44,565 nt of DNA from Anaerolineae bacterium (GCA_015486895.1 WFQT01000412.1:1-44565), one strand, 5' to 3'; shown: positions 34,923 to 43,724, numbered from the stretch's first letter. Notes: generated from the sequence alone by a model not told the origin. Numbers and translations: made by a program.

Positions 34923-36076
34923 GGGAAAGGCAACTCCAGTTCGGCATCTGCGCCCTGTAGCGGTAGGGAAACTTGCTCATGTTGACGTTCATCGGATAGA
35001 TGTATCGCCATCACCGCTTCCAACGCCGCCACACCTTCTTCCGCACCACAAGAGGGCACTCGGTCTGATAACATTTCAGTTGCAACTTTTGCAAACAAAC
35101 CTGCAGGCTTCATCTCATCTGAGAAGCGAAAAGTCTGACGGCTGAACACCGCATTGATCAAGTGCCACTCTCCTTGTCTCTCATCTACCTCGATACGGCC
35201 AGCAGTACCTCGCAAGACCAAGAACTTGCCTCTTCGGTTCAAGTCATCAGACACATCCAAATAACCACGTACACCATTTTCCAGGCCAATCAAGGCGTAA
35301 CCGCCAGGATCTTGAAATTGGGGGCCACGCTTGTTAGGCCTGTGTACTTTGTCCAGAAATCCGATAACCCATGCAATCCTGCTATCCGCCAGATAAGCGA
35401 TCAAATCCAGGAAATGAACCCCCACCATCGCCAGACCACCTGGCCCAGGTACCACGTACACCTGACGCAGCGTTCCTACATAACCGTGCTCAACACAACG
35501 CCTGATGGCAGCATAGTCATTAGACCAACGCCGACTATGATTGACAGCGATTTTGACTCCTCTCTCGCGGCACAAGTCAGCTAACTGACGTGCCGCGAGC
35601 ACCTGGTTGCCGATCGGCTTTTCCACAATCAACCGCTTCACACCTGCTTCGATAGCGAGATTGGCAATCTCTACGTGAGACGTCGTGTTGGTGGCTACGC
35701 AGATTAAATCTACTTCTTCAGCATGCAATAACTCGCGAGTATCTCTGTAGAATCTTGTTTTCGGCAAATCCACCTGTTGACGCAGTCTTATTATAGCGTC
35801 CGGGTTACGATCCGCCACAGCTACAATCTCGGCTTGGCGTATTCTCTGAAGTCCCAAACACTGATCACGTCCCATTGCGCCGGCGCCTATCACTGCGACA
35901 CGATACTGAGAACCTGAATCTTTCAATGAAATCACATCGGATGCTGCCTGCGACCGAACAATAGTTGCCAGTTTCCGCTTGTGCCTGATCTGTCTAGCGT
36001 GGAAAATCAACGTCCTGATTCTTTGCTTCACCTGACATCCTCGCCTTTGTTTTCGAACAAGTTGCCAACTGCACAT
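34919..36076 (-). CDS. Gfo/Idh/MocA-family oxidoreductase
   Basis: VAVIGAGAMGRDQ...RLIVEKP. The N-terminal roughly 55 aa are basic and low-complexity, so the true start is uncertain. Confidence 0.7.
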   Translation of the reverse strand: MCSWQLVRKQRRGCQVKQRIRTLIFHARQIRHKRKLATIVRSQAASDVISLKDSGSQYRVAVIGAGAMGRDQCLGLQRIRQAEIVAVADRNPDAIIRLRQQVDLPKTRFYRDTRELLHAEEVDLICVATNTTSHVEIANLAIEAGVKRLIVEKPIGNQVLAARQLADLCRERGVKIAVNHSRRWSNDYAAIRRCVEHGYVGTLRQVYVVPGPGGLAMVGVHFLDLIAYLADSRIAWVIGFLDKVHRPNKRGPQFQDPGGYALIGLENGVRGYLDVSDDLNRRGKFLVLRGTAGRIEVDERQGEWHLINAVFSRQTFRFSDEMKPAGLFAKVATEMLSDRVPSCGAEEGVAALEAVMAIHLSDERQHEQVSLPLQGADAELELPFP

Positions 36077-36080
36077 TTAC

Positions 36081-37382
36081 CTAAAAAACTTGAGTTGCTG
36101 AATGTTGGACAGCAATCTGCTCTAGCTCTGAAACAATGCGTCCGCAAACCTTGGCTGCATCCAGCTTCGTCTCGTACGTTTCACGAGCACGGCGTCCTAA
36201 TCTACGTCGCAGATCTGTATCGCGCAAGGCCCGCACAACCTGTCTGGCCAGATCAGCGCCATTGTCAGCTAACAAGGCATTATCCTCGTGAACGAGCTCC
36301 GGCATCCCCAGGGCATTTGACGTGTGGGAAACAACACAGCAGCCGTAAGAGAACCCTTCGGCCACGCGGGTTCGGAAACCCAATGCGTCTGGGGTGGGTA
36401 CAAGCAGCACGTCGCTTCCAAGGAATTCCGCTGGCGCATCTTCAACAAAGCCACGTATCCGCACAGAAGGACGGGTCAACTTATCCTTAACGGCAGGAAG
36501 CAGTTCACCCGTACCGACAATATCTAATTGAAAACCCTCCACCCCTAGTTCCTGCTCAAGTATAGGTAAAATCTCAAATGCCAACAGATTAAGGGCAGGA
36601 CGGTTAATTAAGCTATCTAAACGCCCAATGAACAAAATAACGGGCTTCTTCTTGTCTAGCTGATAAGCCTGGCGCATTTCCTGCCACCGCGAACCGATGT
36701 GATCCACAACAGGGTTCGGCAGGTAAAAACATTGCTTGACACCTTGCTGGCGTAGCCAGGTTGCATGGTGAGCAGCATGTTCAACAACCCGCTCCGACGT
36801 GCGAATAACCTCAAGTTCTATCCGCTCCAACGATCGATCAGACAACTGCACAAGCACGGTATTCACCCACGCGCGCCAACCGTTCGTCTGAGTGGATCGC
36901 CGCCTCACAGCATTGTGCAAATGGTTCAAATTCACCAATGCGGTTAGCCTGGGTGGTGCTGAAGGCAGCTCCGCCACAACCGCTGCAGCCGGAAAGTCGT
37001 AAACATAAAGTGCATCCGGCCGTTCCATCGCAATGACGTCTGCGAGGAAGGGTGCAACGGCAACTTGGGGGAAATAGTCGCTCGCGCGCGGTAGGAAAGC
37101 CCGCCGAAATGCCAGCGCGTATTTCTCAAGCCGAGACATAGGCCGTTTTCTCGATAGTGGTGGCGCTTGCTCATCCAGATCGTACACACGAATCCCCAAT
37201 TGTTCAAGAAACGTCCGTGCCTCATCGCGATAAAGGTCATAACGCCACCGGTGAAACGTACAGACAGAAACGTCATGTCCCCGGTCCAATAGCGCCTTCA
37301 CGACAGCCCATGCTATCACCGGATTACCCGAGCTGGCTTTGGGGTATGGTAAGATGCCTGAAACAACTACAAGTGCTCGCAT
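36081..37382 (-). CDS. GT4-family glycosyltransferase
   Basis: GT-B layout with C-terminal ..LLVPTPDALGFRTRVAEGFSYGCCVVSHTSNALGMPELV.. Confidence 0.7.
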   Translation of the reverse strand: MRALVVVSGILPYPKASSGNPVIAWAVVKALLDRGHDVSVCTFHRWRYDLYRDEARTFLEQLGIRVYDLDEQAPPLSRKRPMSRLEKYALAFRRAFLPRASDYFPQVAVAPFLADVIAMERPDALYVYDFPAAAVVAELPSAPPRLTALVNLNHLHNAVRRRSTQTNGWRAWVNTVLVQLSDRSLERIELEVIRTSERVVEHAAHHATWLRQQGVKQCFYLPNPVVDHIGSRWQEMRQAYQLDKKKPVILFIGRLDSLINRPALNLLAFEILPILEQELGVEGFQLDIVGTGELLPAVKDKLTRPSVRIRGFVEDAPAEFLGSDVLLVPTPDALGFRTRVAEGFSYGCCVVSHTSNALGMPELVHEDNALLADNGADLARQVVRALRDTDLRRRLGRRARETYETKLDAAKVCGRIVSELEQIAVQHSATQVF

Positions 37383-37428
37383 ATTCAGATTCTCACGTTG
37401 ATATTTTCTCGGTCAATATTTGCCGATT

Positions 37429-39093
37429 CTAGAGGAGAGCTGTTTCCAATACTATTGATTCCTGCTCCATAATTTTGATGAGATGATAGAGGTGGATTTC
37501 CTGCATAGGATATTCATACCTTGATTCAATAACACCCAACTTTGCACGAAGACCTAAAATGCGCTGACCTAAATCGTCATGTTCTAATTGATCGAAGAAA
37601 GGCGATCGAAACCAACGCTGGTAATTCGAAGGGTCTTTTATATTCCATTTTATACGAGTAGGGTCAAATTCAGAAAATCGATGCCGTAATGGAGCCTTGA
37701 TATCGAAATAATCGCGCCTCTTTATGTGGCTATTTACATGAAGCGCAAGAGGTGAGATATAGGGAAGCATCCCCTTTATCGAGAAGTACCTGGCAGAAAT
37801 GACCCACGCCATTGTTTCCCCGGATGTACAATAATTCACGTAGCGTTGGAGAACAAACTTCTTATATGGAAAAGCTTGCATACAATCAAATTCCGGCCCA
37901 AAATACCGCGTAAATCTATCTAAATATTTAAATCTCTCTCTTTCAAATGAATGAATCATCACAAATCTAGTCAAATATTTACCGATAGTTCGTCGAACTC
38001 TGGTTCTAAAACTAACAGGCGATGATTGAACAAGATGAGCAATGTCATCTATTACACGAGTGCTATGAGAGCCTTTCCTCAGAAAAAATATTTGATGAAG
38101 ACCCCAATCCCACATATTATCAGCACTTTGTCCACTTAGTAGCACTTGCGCATCCGAGTGACTCGCTAACGAATAACAAAATATAGCAAAGAAGGCACTA
38201 AACGGATTATAGTCAACAAAGTGCCGATAATAACGATTGAAACCATCCACATCTGAAAAATCTAACGTAACATTGGGATATTTCTTTTTTAATTGCTGCG
38301 CCGCTTTTGCGCCCGCCACGCGTTCTCGTTTTCGCTGAAGGTCAGCATAGGGCTCTTTGTAGTCCACGGTAAGCAGTTGGCTTACTTTTTCATTATACAA
38401 AGATGCCAAGCCATGACTGTCAGGCCCACCAGAATACGCCACATCAAAGGAATTATAATGGTCTTTATAACAAGCAACTGCCTTTAAGTAGTCATCTATA
38501 TCATACTGTGGGGGGTTAGCGGAATCTATCGTATGAAATCCAGGAAACGCCTGCATTATCAGAGTGATCCCCTCTGGACGAAATGCATAAAGTGCATATG
38601 GTTTAAGATGCCAGAGGTTCTGAAAAAGCGTCTTGGGATATTGACAGGAGCCGCGCCGAAGAAAATATTCTAAGTTATCTCGAGAGAGCTCCACCTGATC
38701 TAGCTTTTTCAGGATCGCTTGCCAGGATGTATCAATTACAATTCCTCTTGAATTCCGCCCACAATAGACAGGAACGTCAATCTCACCAGAAGTATAGATA
38801 TATGACACTACCCCACCTTGTTCAACTATCACTATATATGAGCCGATTAATTCGGTCAGCCGGTGAACTTCCTCTACCAAATCCTGTGAAGTGCAGAACT
38901 TCCTAATTACATCAATCATTTGGGCATCTATAGGTACAAAAACACCAAGGCTTCTATAATCCGCCATGAAATCGATGCTTCCAAGGATAGTAACTGCAAT
39001 AGAGTCGCATACAGTCTTCAGTAATGGAGTAGAACAAGATGTTATAACACCCTCATTGTTTATTTGGACATGAAACTTCGATTCATTCGCCAT
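37429..39093 (-). CDS. Asparagine-synthetase-like PP-loop ATP-pyrophosphatase lacking the N-terminal Cys nucleophile
   Basis: PP-loop FDVAYSGGPDSHGL. A degenerate N-terminal Ntn-like region (..GSYIVIVEQGGVVSYIYTSGEIDVPVYCG..). The protein starts MANESK, not MCG. Own SD (GAGGAGTAGGAAGCA) before the ATG. The DNA is markedly AT-rich. Confidence 0.5.
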   Translation of the reverse strand: MANESKFHVQINNEGVITSCSTPLLKTVCDSIAVTILGSIDFMADYRSLGVFVPIDAQMIDVIRKFCTSQDLVEEVHRLTELIGSYIVIVEQGGVVSYIYTSGEIDVPVYCGRNSRGIVIDTSWQAILKKLDQVELSRDNLEYFLRRGSCQYPKTLFQNLWHLKPYALYAFRPEGITLIMQAFPGFHTIDSANPPQYDIDDYLKAVACYKDHYNSFDVAYSGGPDSHGLASLYNEKVSQLLTVDYKEPYADLQRKRERVAGAKAAQQLKKKYPNVTLDFSDVDGFNRYYRHFVDYNPFSAFFAIFCYSLASHSDAQVLLSGQSADNMWDWGLHQIFFLRKGSHSTRVIDDIAHLVQSSPVSFRTRVRRTIGKYLTRFVMIHSFERERFKYLDRFTRYFGPEFDCMQAFPYKKFVLQRYVNYCTSGETMAWVISARYFSIKGMLPYISPLALHVNSHIKRRDYFDIKAPLRHRFSEFDPTRIKWNIKDPSNYQRWFRSPFFDQLEHDDLGQRILGLRAKLGVIESRYEYPMQEIHLYHLIKIMEQESIVLETALL

Positions 39094-39176
39094 TGCTTCC
39101 TACTCCTCGAACATCGTTTGATTTGTATCAGTTCAGGATTGAACATAGAATCTGATGAACACTCTCGGAATACCTC

Positions 39177-39533
39177 TCAATAGAATAATTCTCGCGCGCC
39201 ACACGCCAGCCAGGGATCGCCCTTACGGATGACGGCCACACTACCACAAGTGCTACCGCCGTCTATGTCTATAACGATGTATTCCAAGTTTGGGTACCCT
39301 TGCAACAACACCGAGCGGATAGTTTCCTCGATGAACTGCGCCTGATTGTACGACGGCGTGACGATGCTCACCCGCAGCCGGGGGCGGCCACCTGCCCTGA
39401 GCAGAGCCGAAGGGTCGGGCATCGTAACCGGCAACTGCGGGCTCTCCCCCGTCCACGGCCAGCCGGTTTTGCCCGGCGGCGGGGGTGGGAGTTCATTCAG
39501 AGTTGGACAGCGCATGGCCCCTTTCCTTTCCAA
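39177..39533 (-). pseudogene. 5' fragment of a GT2 glycosyltransferase gene
   Basis: [36 protein letters not shown](ID)[17 protein letters not shown], then an abrupt end. The probable original start is M at 39422. A 6-nt tandem duplication (gtctat x2) lies inside. Confidence 0.7.
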
Positions 39534-39786
39534 GTTCCCACTCTTCCAGGATCTCTTGATACCAATGCAAATACTTGTTCACTTGCTGCTCCAGGTTGAA
39601 ACGCATACGAGCAGCCTTGGCCGCCTGAGCGCCCATTTCCCTACGCGGTTTATCGTCAGAAAGCATTTGCTCAATCCGAGAAGCCATCGCTTCCGCATTC
39701 CCCGGTGGTACCAGGAACCCAGTCACTCCATGTTCGACCTGCTCTGGGATGCCTCCAACCGCTGTTGCTACCACTGGCGTGCGCAA
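39493..39786 (-). pseudogene. 3' fragment of a GT4 glycosyltransferase gene
   Basis: ..[40 protein letters not shown].. is the EX7E C-terminal lobe only. It begins 15 nt after the hldA-like stop, with no N-terminal lobe. Confidence 0.75.
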
Positions 39787-39801
39787 GCAAGGGTTCGAGA
39801 A

Positions 39802-40797
39802 CTACACGGACGAAGAGTCAATGAACTCACCGTTCATCAGTTCTTCGCCGGTGACTGTAGCCGTTCCCACCTTTCCCACTACAATACCGGCAGCCTGATT
39901 CGCCAAGCGCGCGGCCTGTTCCAAAGTGGCGCCCGATGCCAAAGCCATCGCTAGTGTGCTGACGACAGTATCGCCAGCTCCCGTAACATCGAAAACGTTT
40001 CGGGCTACAGCCGGGATGTCTATAGTAGTCCGACCCCCGTCCAGGAACAAGGACATGCCTTGCGCTCCACGGGTGATTAGTAGTGCGCTTCCCTCAAGAA
40101 TGACGCACAGTCGTCGGCCAACTTCCAGCAGGTCGGCCTCGCTATGGATTTCGCGGTTCAATGCTTGCTCTGCTTCATGTACGTTGGGCGTGACCACGGT
40201 AGCACCGCGGTACTTAGCATAGTCCGTGCCTTTAGGATCCACAATCATCGGCTTACCAGCGTCCTTCGCCAACTGGATGAAGCGCTCAGCAAGCCTGGAC
40301 GAAATAACCCCCTTAGCATAATCAGAGAGAACACAGGCATCGGCTTCGGCTATCCGTCTCTCGGCCCATTGAAGCAGCATGTCCTCTAGATCAGCCCGCA
40401 AAGGCACCCGCTGCTCAGAGTCCACGCGAACGACGTGTTGGTTGTGGGCAACTATACGGGTTTTAGTTGTGGTGGAACGCTGGTCATCAACAACCAAGCC
40501 GTCGAACTCCACGCCGATTTGCGTAAGTGCGTTGCGAAGTTCTTCGGCCTGATGATCCCGGCCAACCACGCCACCCAGCATCGCTCGACCACCTAGGCCG
40601 ACCACATTGGCGGCTGTGTTAGCTGCTCCACCTGGCAGATAAACCCGGCGGCGGATCTCGACCACAGGTACCGGGGCCTCGGGCGAGATGCGCCGCACTT
40701 CACCCCAGATGTACTCATCCAACATCACATCACCAACGATGAGAACACGCTTGCCGGGGAAGGCAGTTACTATATCGCGTAACGCTTTTTCTCTCAT
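39802..40797 (-). CDS. hldA: D-glycero-beta-D-manno-heptose-7-phosphate kinase (RfaE domain I, PfkB family), stand-alone
   Basis: VLIVGDVMLDEYIWGEVRRISPEAPVPVV...GGAANTAANV...DVTGAGDTV. The start is set at ATG 40795-40797 (ATGA overlap with gmhB). Confidence 0.8.
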   Translation of the reverse strand: MREKALRDIVTAFPGKRVLIVGDVMLDEYIWGEVRRISPEAPVPVVEIRRRVYLPGGAANTAANVVGLGGRAMLGGVVGRDHQAEELRNALTQIGVEFDGLVVDDQRSTTTKTRIVAHNQHVVRVDSEQRVPLRADLEDMLLQWAERRIAEADACVLSDYAKGVISSRLAERFIQLAKDAGKPMIVDPKGTDYAKYRGATVVTPNVHEAEQALNREIHSEADLLEVGRRLCVILEGSALLITRGAQGMSLFLDGGRTTIDIPAVARNVFDVTGAGDTVVSTLAMALASGATLEQAARLANQAAGIVVGKVGTATVTGEELMNGEFIDSSSV

Positions 40798-41363
40798 CCT
40801 CGCGCTCCAGAGCGGCCTAAAATGCACTGTACAACCTCCGGCCAGCTGCCGGCTACTTCATCAGGCATCGGGTCGAGTTCATCAAGCACTGGCTTGGTCG
40901 AGAGCAGAACCGTCTGACAACCAGCCCGTTTGCCTGCTTCAACGTCGCTGGCCTTGTCTCCAACCATAAAGGATCGAGTCAGGTCAAGATCCAATTCCTT
41001 AGCTGCCTGTAGGAGCATCGCCGGTGAGGGCTTGCGGCAACGGTTCTGTTCCCCAGGCGCATGAGGGCAATAGTAGACTGCATCGAGCTGTACTCCGTAT
41101 CGCTCCAACTGCGAAAGAAATTCCTGGTGAACTTGCTCCGCCTGCTCTGCTGTCACCAAGCCCCTTCCTATCCCCGACTGATTGCTGACCAGAACCAACA
41201 GGAATCCTTGTTCCTTTAGCTTCTTCAACGCCTGCCCCGCGCCAGGAAGTAACTGAACCTGTCGGGGGTCTCGGGGATAACCCACATCGTAAATGAGCGT
41301 GCCATCTCGATCAAGAAACACAGCCCGCCTCTTCTTTTTCGTCCATTCCATCTTCCCTTTCAC
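40794..41363 (-). CDS. gmhB: D,D-heptose 1,7-bisphosphate phosphatase (HAD)
   Basis: AVFLDRDGTLI...VSNQSGIGRG...YYCPH.P......CRKP.P.ML...MVGDK.SD. The more likely start is ATG 41349-41351. Confidence 0.8.
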   Translation of the reverse strand: MKGKMEWTKKKRRAVFLDRDGTLIYDVGYPRDPRQVQLLPGAGQALKKLKEQGFLLVLVSNQSGIGRGLVTAEQAEQVHQEFLSQLERYGVQLDAVYYCPHAPGEQNRCRKPSPAMLLQAAKELDLDLTRSFMVGDKASDVEAGKRAGCQTVLLSTKPVLDELDPMPDEVAGSWPEVVQCILGRSGARG

Positions 41364-42457
41364 TAACTCATTTCTCTTAACCGTCGGATAAGTTCAGAGG
41401 TTGAGGCGAACGGCACTAAGGGAAGAAACTTTATCCGCCCCCCGTATGATCTGACCACGCTCGCCTCAGGGATTGGCTTCCCATCGGGTGGAGCATAATC
41501 GGCACCCTTGCAATGAATATCAGGTTTCAAACGGGAGAGCGCAACCTCCGGGGTAAGTTCATCGAAAACAATCACGTAGTCCACACTTTCCAAACTCGCC
41601 AGGACTTCGACGCGCTCATGAACAGGGACAATGGGACGTCCAGGGCCCTTCAGTTGACGGACCGATTCGTCGCTGTCTACCCCCACCACCAGGACATCTC
41701 CCAGAGCTTTGGCCATCCGGAGGCTTCGCACGTGTCCAACATGAAGTAAGTCAAAGCAACCGTTTGTCCAGACGACGGTCTTTCTCTCAGCCCGCCACTG
41801 CTCACGCAAGGCTAAAAGCGCATCCCACTCCACGACCTTAACGTTGGAAGACCGGACGTTGCCACGTGCGCTTTCGGCAAAAAGCAGCCTCTCAACGATC
41901 TCGCAAAACAGGTGCCCAATAGTGATATGACATTCCTGAATCCGGGCTGTATTAGTCGAGGGGACCACGATCGAGACATCTACGATTCCAGCCAGCCGTC
42001 CCCCGTCGCCCCCTGCCAGGCCAACGCTGGTGAGACCCTGCGCGTTCGCGGCCCTTACCCCTTCCAATACGTTTGGCGAATTACCACTCGTGCTGATAGC
42101 TATCGCAACATCCCCAGGCTTACCAAGTGCCTCTACCTGACGGGCAAAGACTTGTTCAAAGCCGTAATCATTGGCGATAGCGGTAAGGATCGATGTATCC
42201 GTAGTCAACGCAATGGCGGGTAGAGGAATACGCTCCCTTATGAAGCGCCCAACAAATTCAGCAGCGATGTGCTGAGCATCAGCAGCACTGCCGCCGTTAC
42301 CGAAGAGCAGAATTTTTCCCCCGCGCCGAAAGCAACCCCAGATTGCCTCTGTGGCCTGGACGATGGCACCCGTGTACCTCTCAATCGCCTCAAGGCACAG
42401 TTGGGAGTTTTCACGCAAGGAGCGGATCACTTGTTCTCGAATGACATCAGTCTGCAT
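41363..42457 (-). CDS. Fusion protein: GmhA-type phosphoheptose isomerase (N) + HldC-type heptose-1-phosphate adenylyltransferase (C)
   Basis: N-terminal half: KILLFGNGGSAADAQHIAAEFVGRF...ISTSGNSPNV...ARIQECHITIGHLFCE. C-terminal half: VVWTNGCFDLLHVGHVRSL..AKALGDVLVVGVDSDESV. Confidence 0.85.
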   Translation of the reverse strand: MQTDVIREQVIRSLRENSQLCLEAIERYTGAIVQATEAIWGCFRRGGKILLFGNGGSAADAQHIAAEFVGRFIRERIPLPAIALTTDTSILTAIANDYGFEQVFARQVEALGKPGDVAIAISTSGNSPNVLEGVRAANAQGLTSVGLAGGDGGRLAGIVDVSIVVPSTNTARIQECHITIGHLFCEIVERLLFAESARGNVRSSNVKVVEWDALLALREQWRAERKTVVWTNGCFDLLHVGHVRSLRMAKALGDVLVVGVDSDESVRQLKGPGRPIVPVHERVEVLASLESVDYVIVFDELTPEVALSRLKPDIHCKGADYAPPDGKPIPEASVVRSYGGRIKFLPLVPFASTSELIRRLREMS

Positions 42458-43724
42458 GTTTCGATACCCACCTCTGGAGCACAGGGCGGCTTTGCGAGAG
42501 CAGCGGCATGATAGCCTCTTTCACCTGTCCAACCGTAATGCTAAGGATGCAATGGGCTTGGGTAGCATTACACGCCTTGGAACAAGGGGCAATAGCTTTT
42601 TCTGGCTGAAGTACAATGTGCGGAACCCCCCAGGGTCCAAACCGGACGGGTGAGTTTGGGTGCGACGGTGAACCATCCAGCGGATGACACGAGATTTCGA
42701 CCACAGGGATCCCTGCAGCAGCCGCCAAATGCATCGGTCCTGCGTCATTGCCTACATAGAGGTGACAGCGTTTCAGCAAGGCGCTGGTCTGCCGCAGCGT
42801 TGTCTGAGCTACTGCATTGATCACGGTATCGCCGATTTTTTGCTGGAGTTCTCGGCCCAGCCGTTCTTCGCCCCGCCCACCCACCACCACCAAATGGGCC
42901 GCATACTGACTCTTTAGCCAGGTTCCCAGTTCGATAAAGTTACCTAACGGCCACATCCGTTTTGGAACACCTGCACCTGGCGCGAACGCAATCAGCAAGT
43001 TGTCGGGACCGACCCCGTGAGATTTCAGCATTTGCTCTGTGAAAGTCTCGTCCTCTTCACTCAGCCAAAGTTCTAACCGCTCGTCCTGTACCTGCCCACC
43101 CAGGAAGCGAATCACGTCCAGGTTGTGCTCTACCTCATGCTTCACCGTACTATCATTGAGCACATGAGTAAACAGGCGGTCGTATCCGCCATTGAGTCGC
43201 CGTTTGTGGCTAATGACGCCCTCCGAATACCCAACCCGCCAGGGCGCGCCGCTGAAGTAGACCAGGAAGGTGCCATGATAGTAGTGGTCAGCGTCCCAGC
43301 GGGGGAGGACAGCAAGATCGAATTTTCGCTTCCAGAGATGTTGGGCCGCCAATTTGATTGCTCCCACGTGCCGCCGCAATTCGCCAGAACGTCCCTTTTC
43401 CCCCCAATCATAAGTCAGCACCTCGTTCACATAAGGGCAGAGTTCCACCAGATTGTAAACCTGTGGCTTCACCACCAGCGTAACCCACGCATTCGGAAGA
43501 TTTCGCCGCAATTCCCGCAAGAATGGCGTGGTTAGCACCACATCGCCAATTTCATCCAACCGCACCACCAGCACCCGTTTGACCTGTGACAAATCAATCT
43601 TCTGCCCCTTGCGGCGCATGCCCGTGAGCCAGAAGAAAGGCTCGCCAACTACCCGAGCGGCCCGGGGCGTTGCAAGCCAGGACAATAGCCAGTCGATTGG
43701 AACTTTAATAAGGCTCAAGATCAT
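42447..43724 (-). CDS. GT9-family glycosyltransferase (heptosyltransferase-like)
   Basis: VLVVRLDEIGDVVLTTPFLRELR...FAPGAGVPKRMWP...YVGNDAGPMHLAAAAGIPVVEI. Confidence 0.85.
   Translation of the reverse strand: MILSLIKVPIDWLLSWLATPRAARVVGEPFFWLTGMRRKGQKIDLSQVKRVLVVRLDEIGDVVLTTPFLRELRRNLPNAWVTLVVKPQVYNLVELCPYVNEVLTYDWGEKGRSGELRRHVGAIKLAAQHLWKRKFDLAVLPRWDADHYYHGTFLVYFSGAPWRVGYSEGVISHKRRLNGGYDRLFTHVLNDSTVKHEVEHNLDVIRFLGGQVQDERLELWLSEEDETFTEQMLKSHGVGPDNLLIAFAPGAGVPKRMWPLGNFIELGTWLKSQYAAHLVVVGGRGEERLGRELQQKIGDTVINAVAQTTLRQTSALLKRCHLYVGNDAGPMHLAAAAGIPVVEISCHPLDGSPSHPNSPVRFGPWGVPHIVLQPEKAIAPCSKACNATQAHCILSITVGQVKEAIMPLLSQSRPVLQRWVSKHAD

Noticed and set aside
37429-39093. AsnB-like gene as a lasso-peptide cyclase (McjC-like)
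   Set aside because: No precursor peptide, B-type protease/RRE or ABC exporter genes are nearby. The context is entirely glycan biosynthesis.
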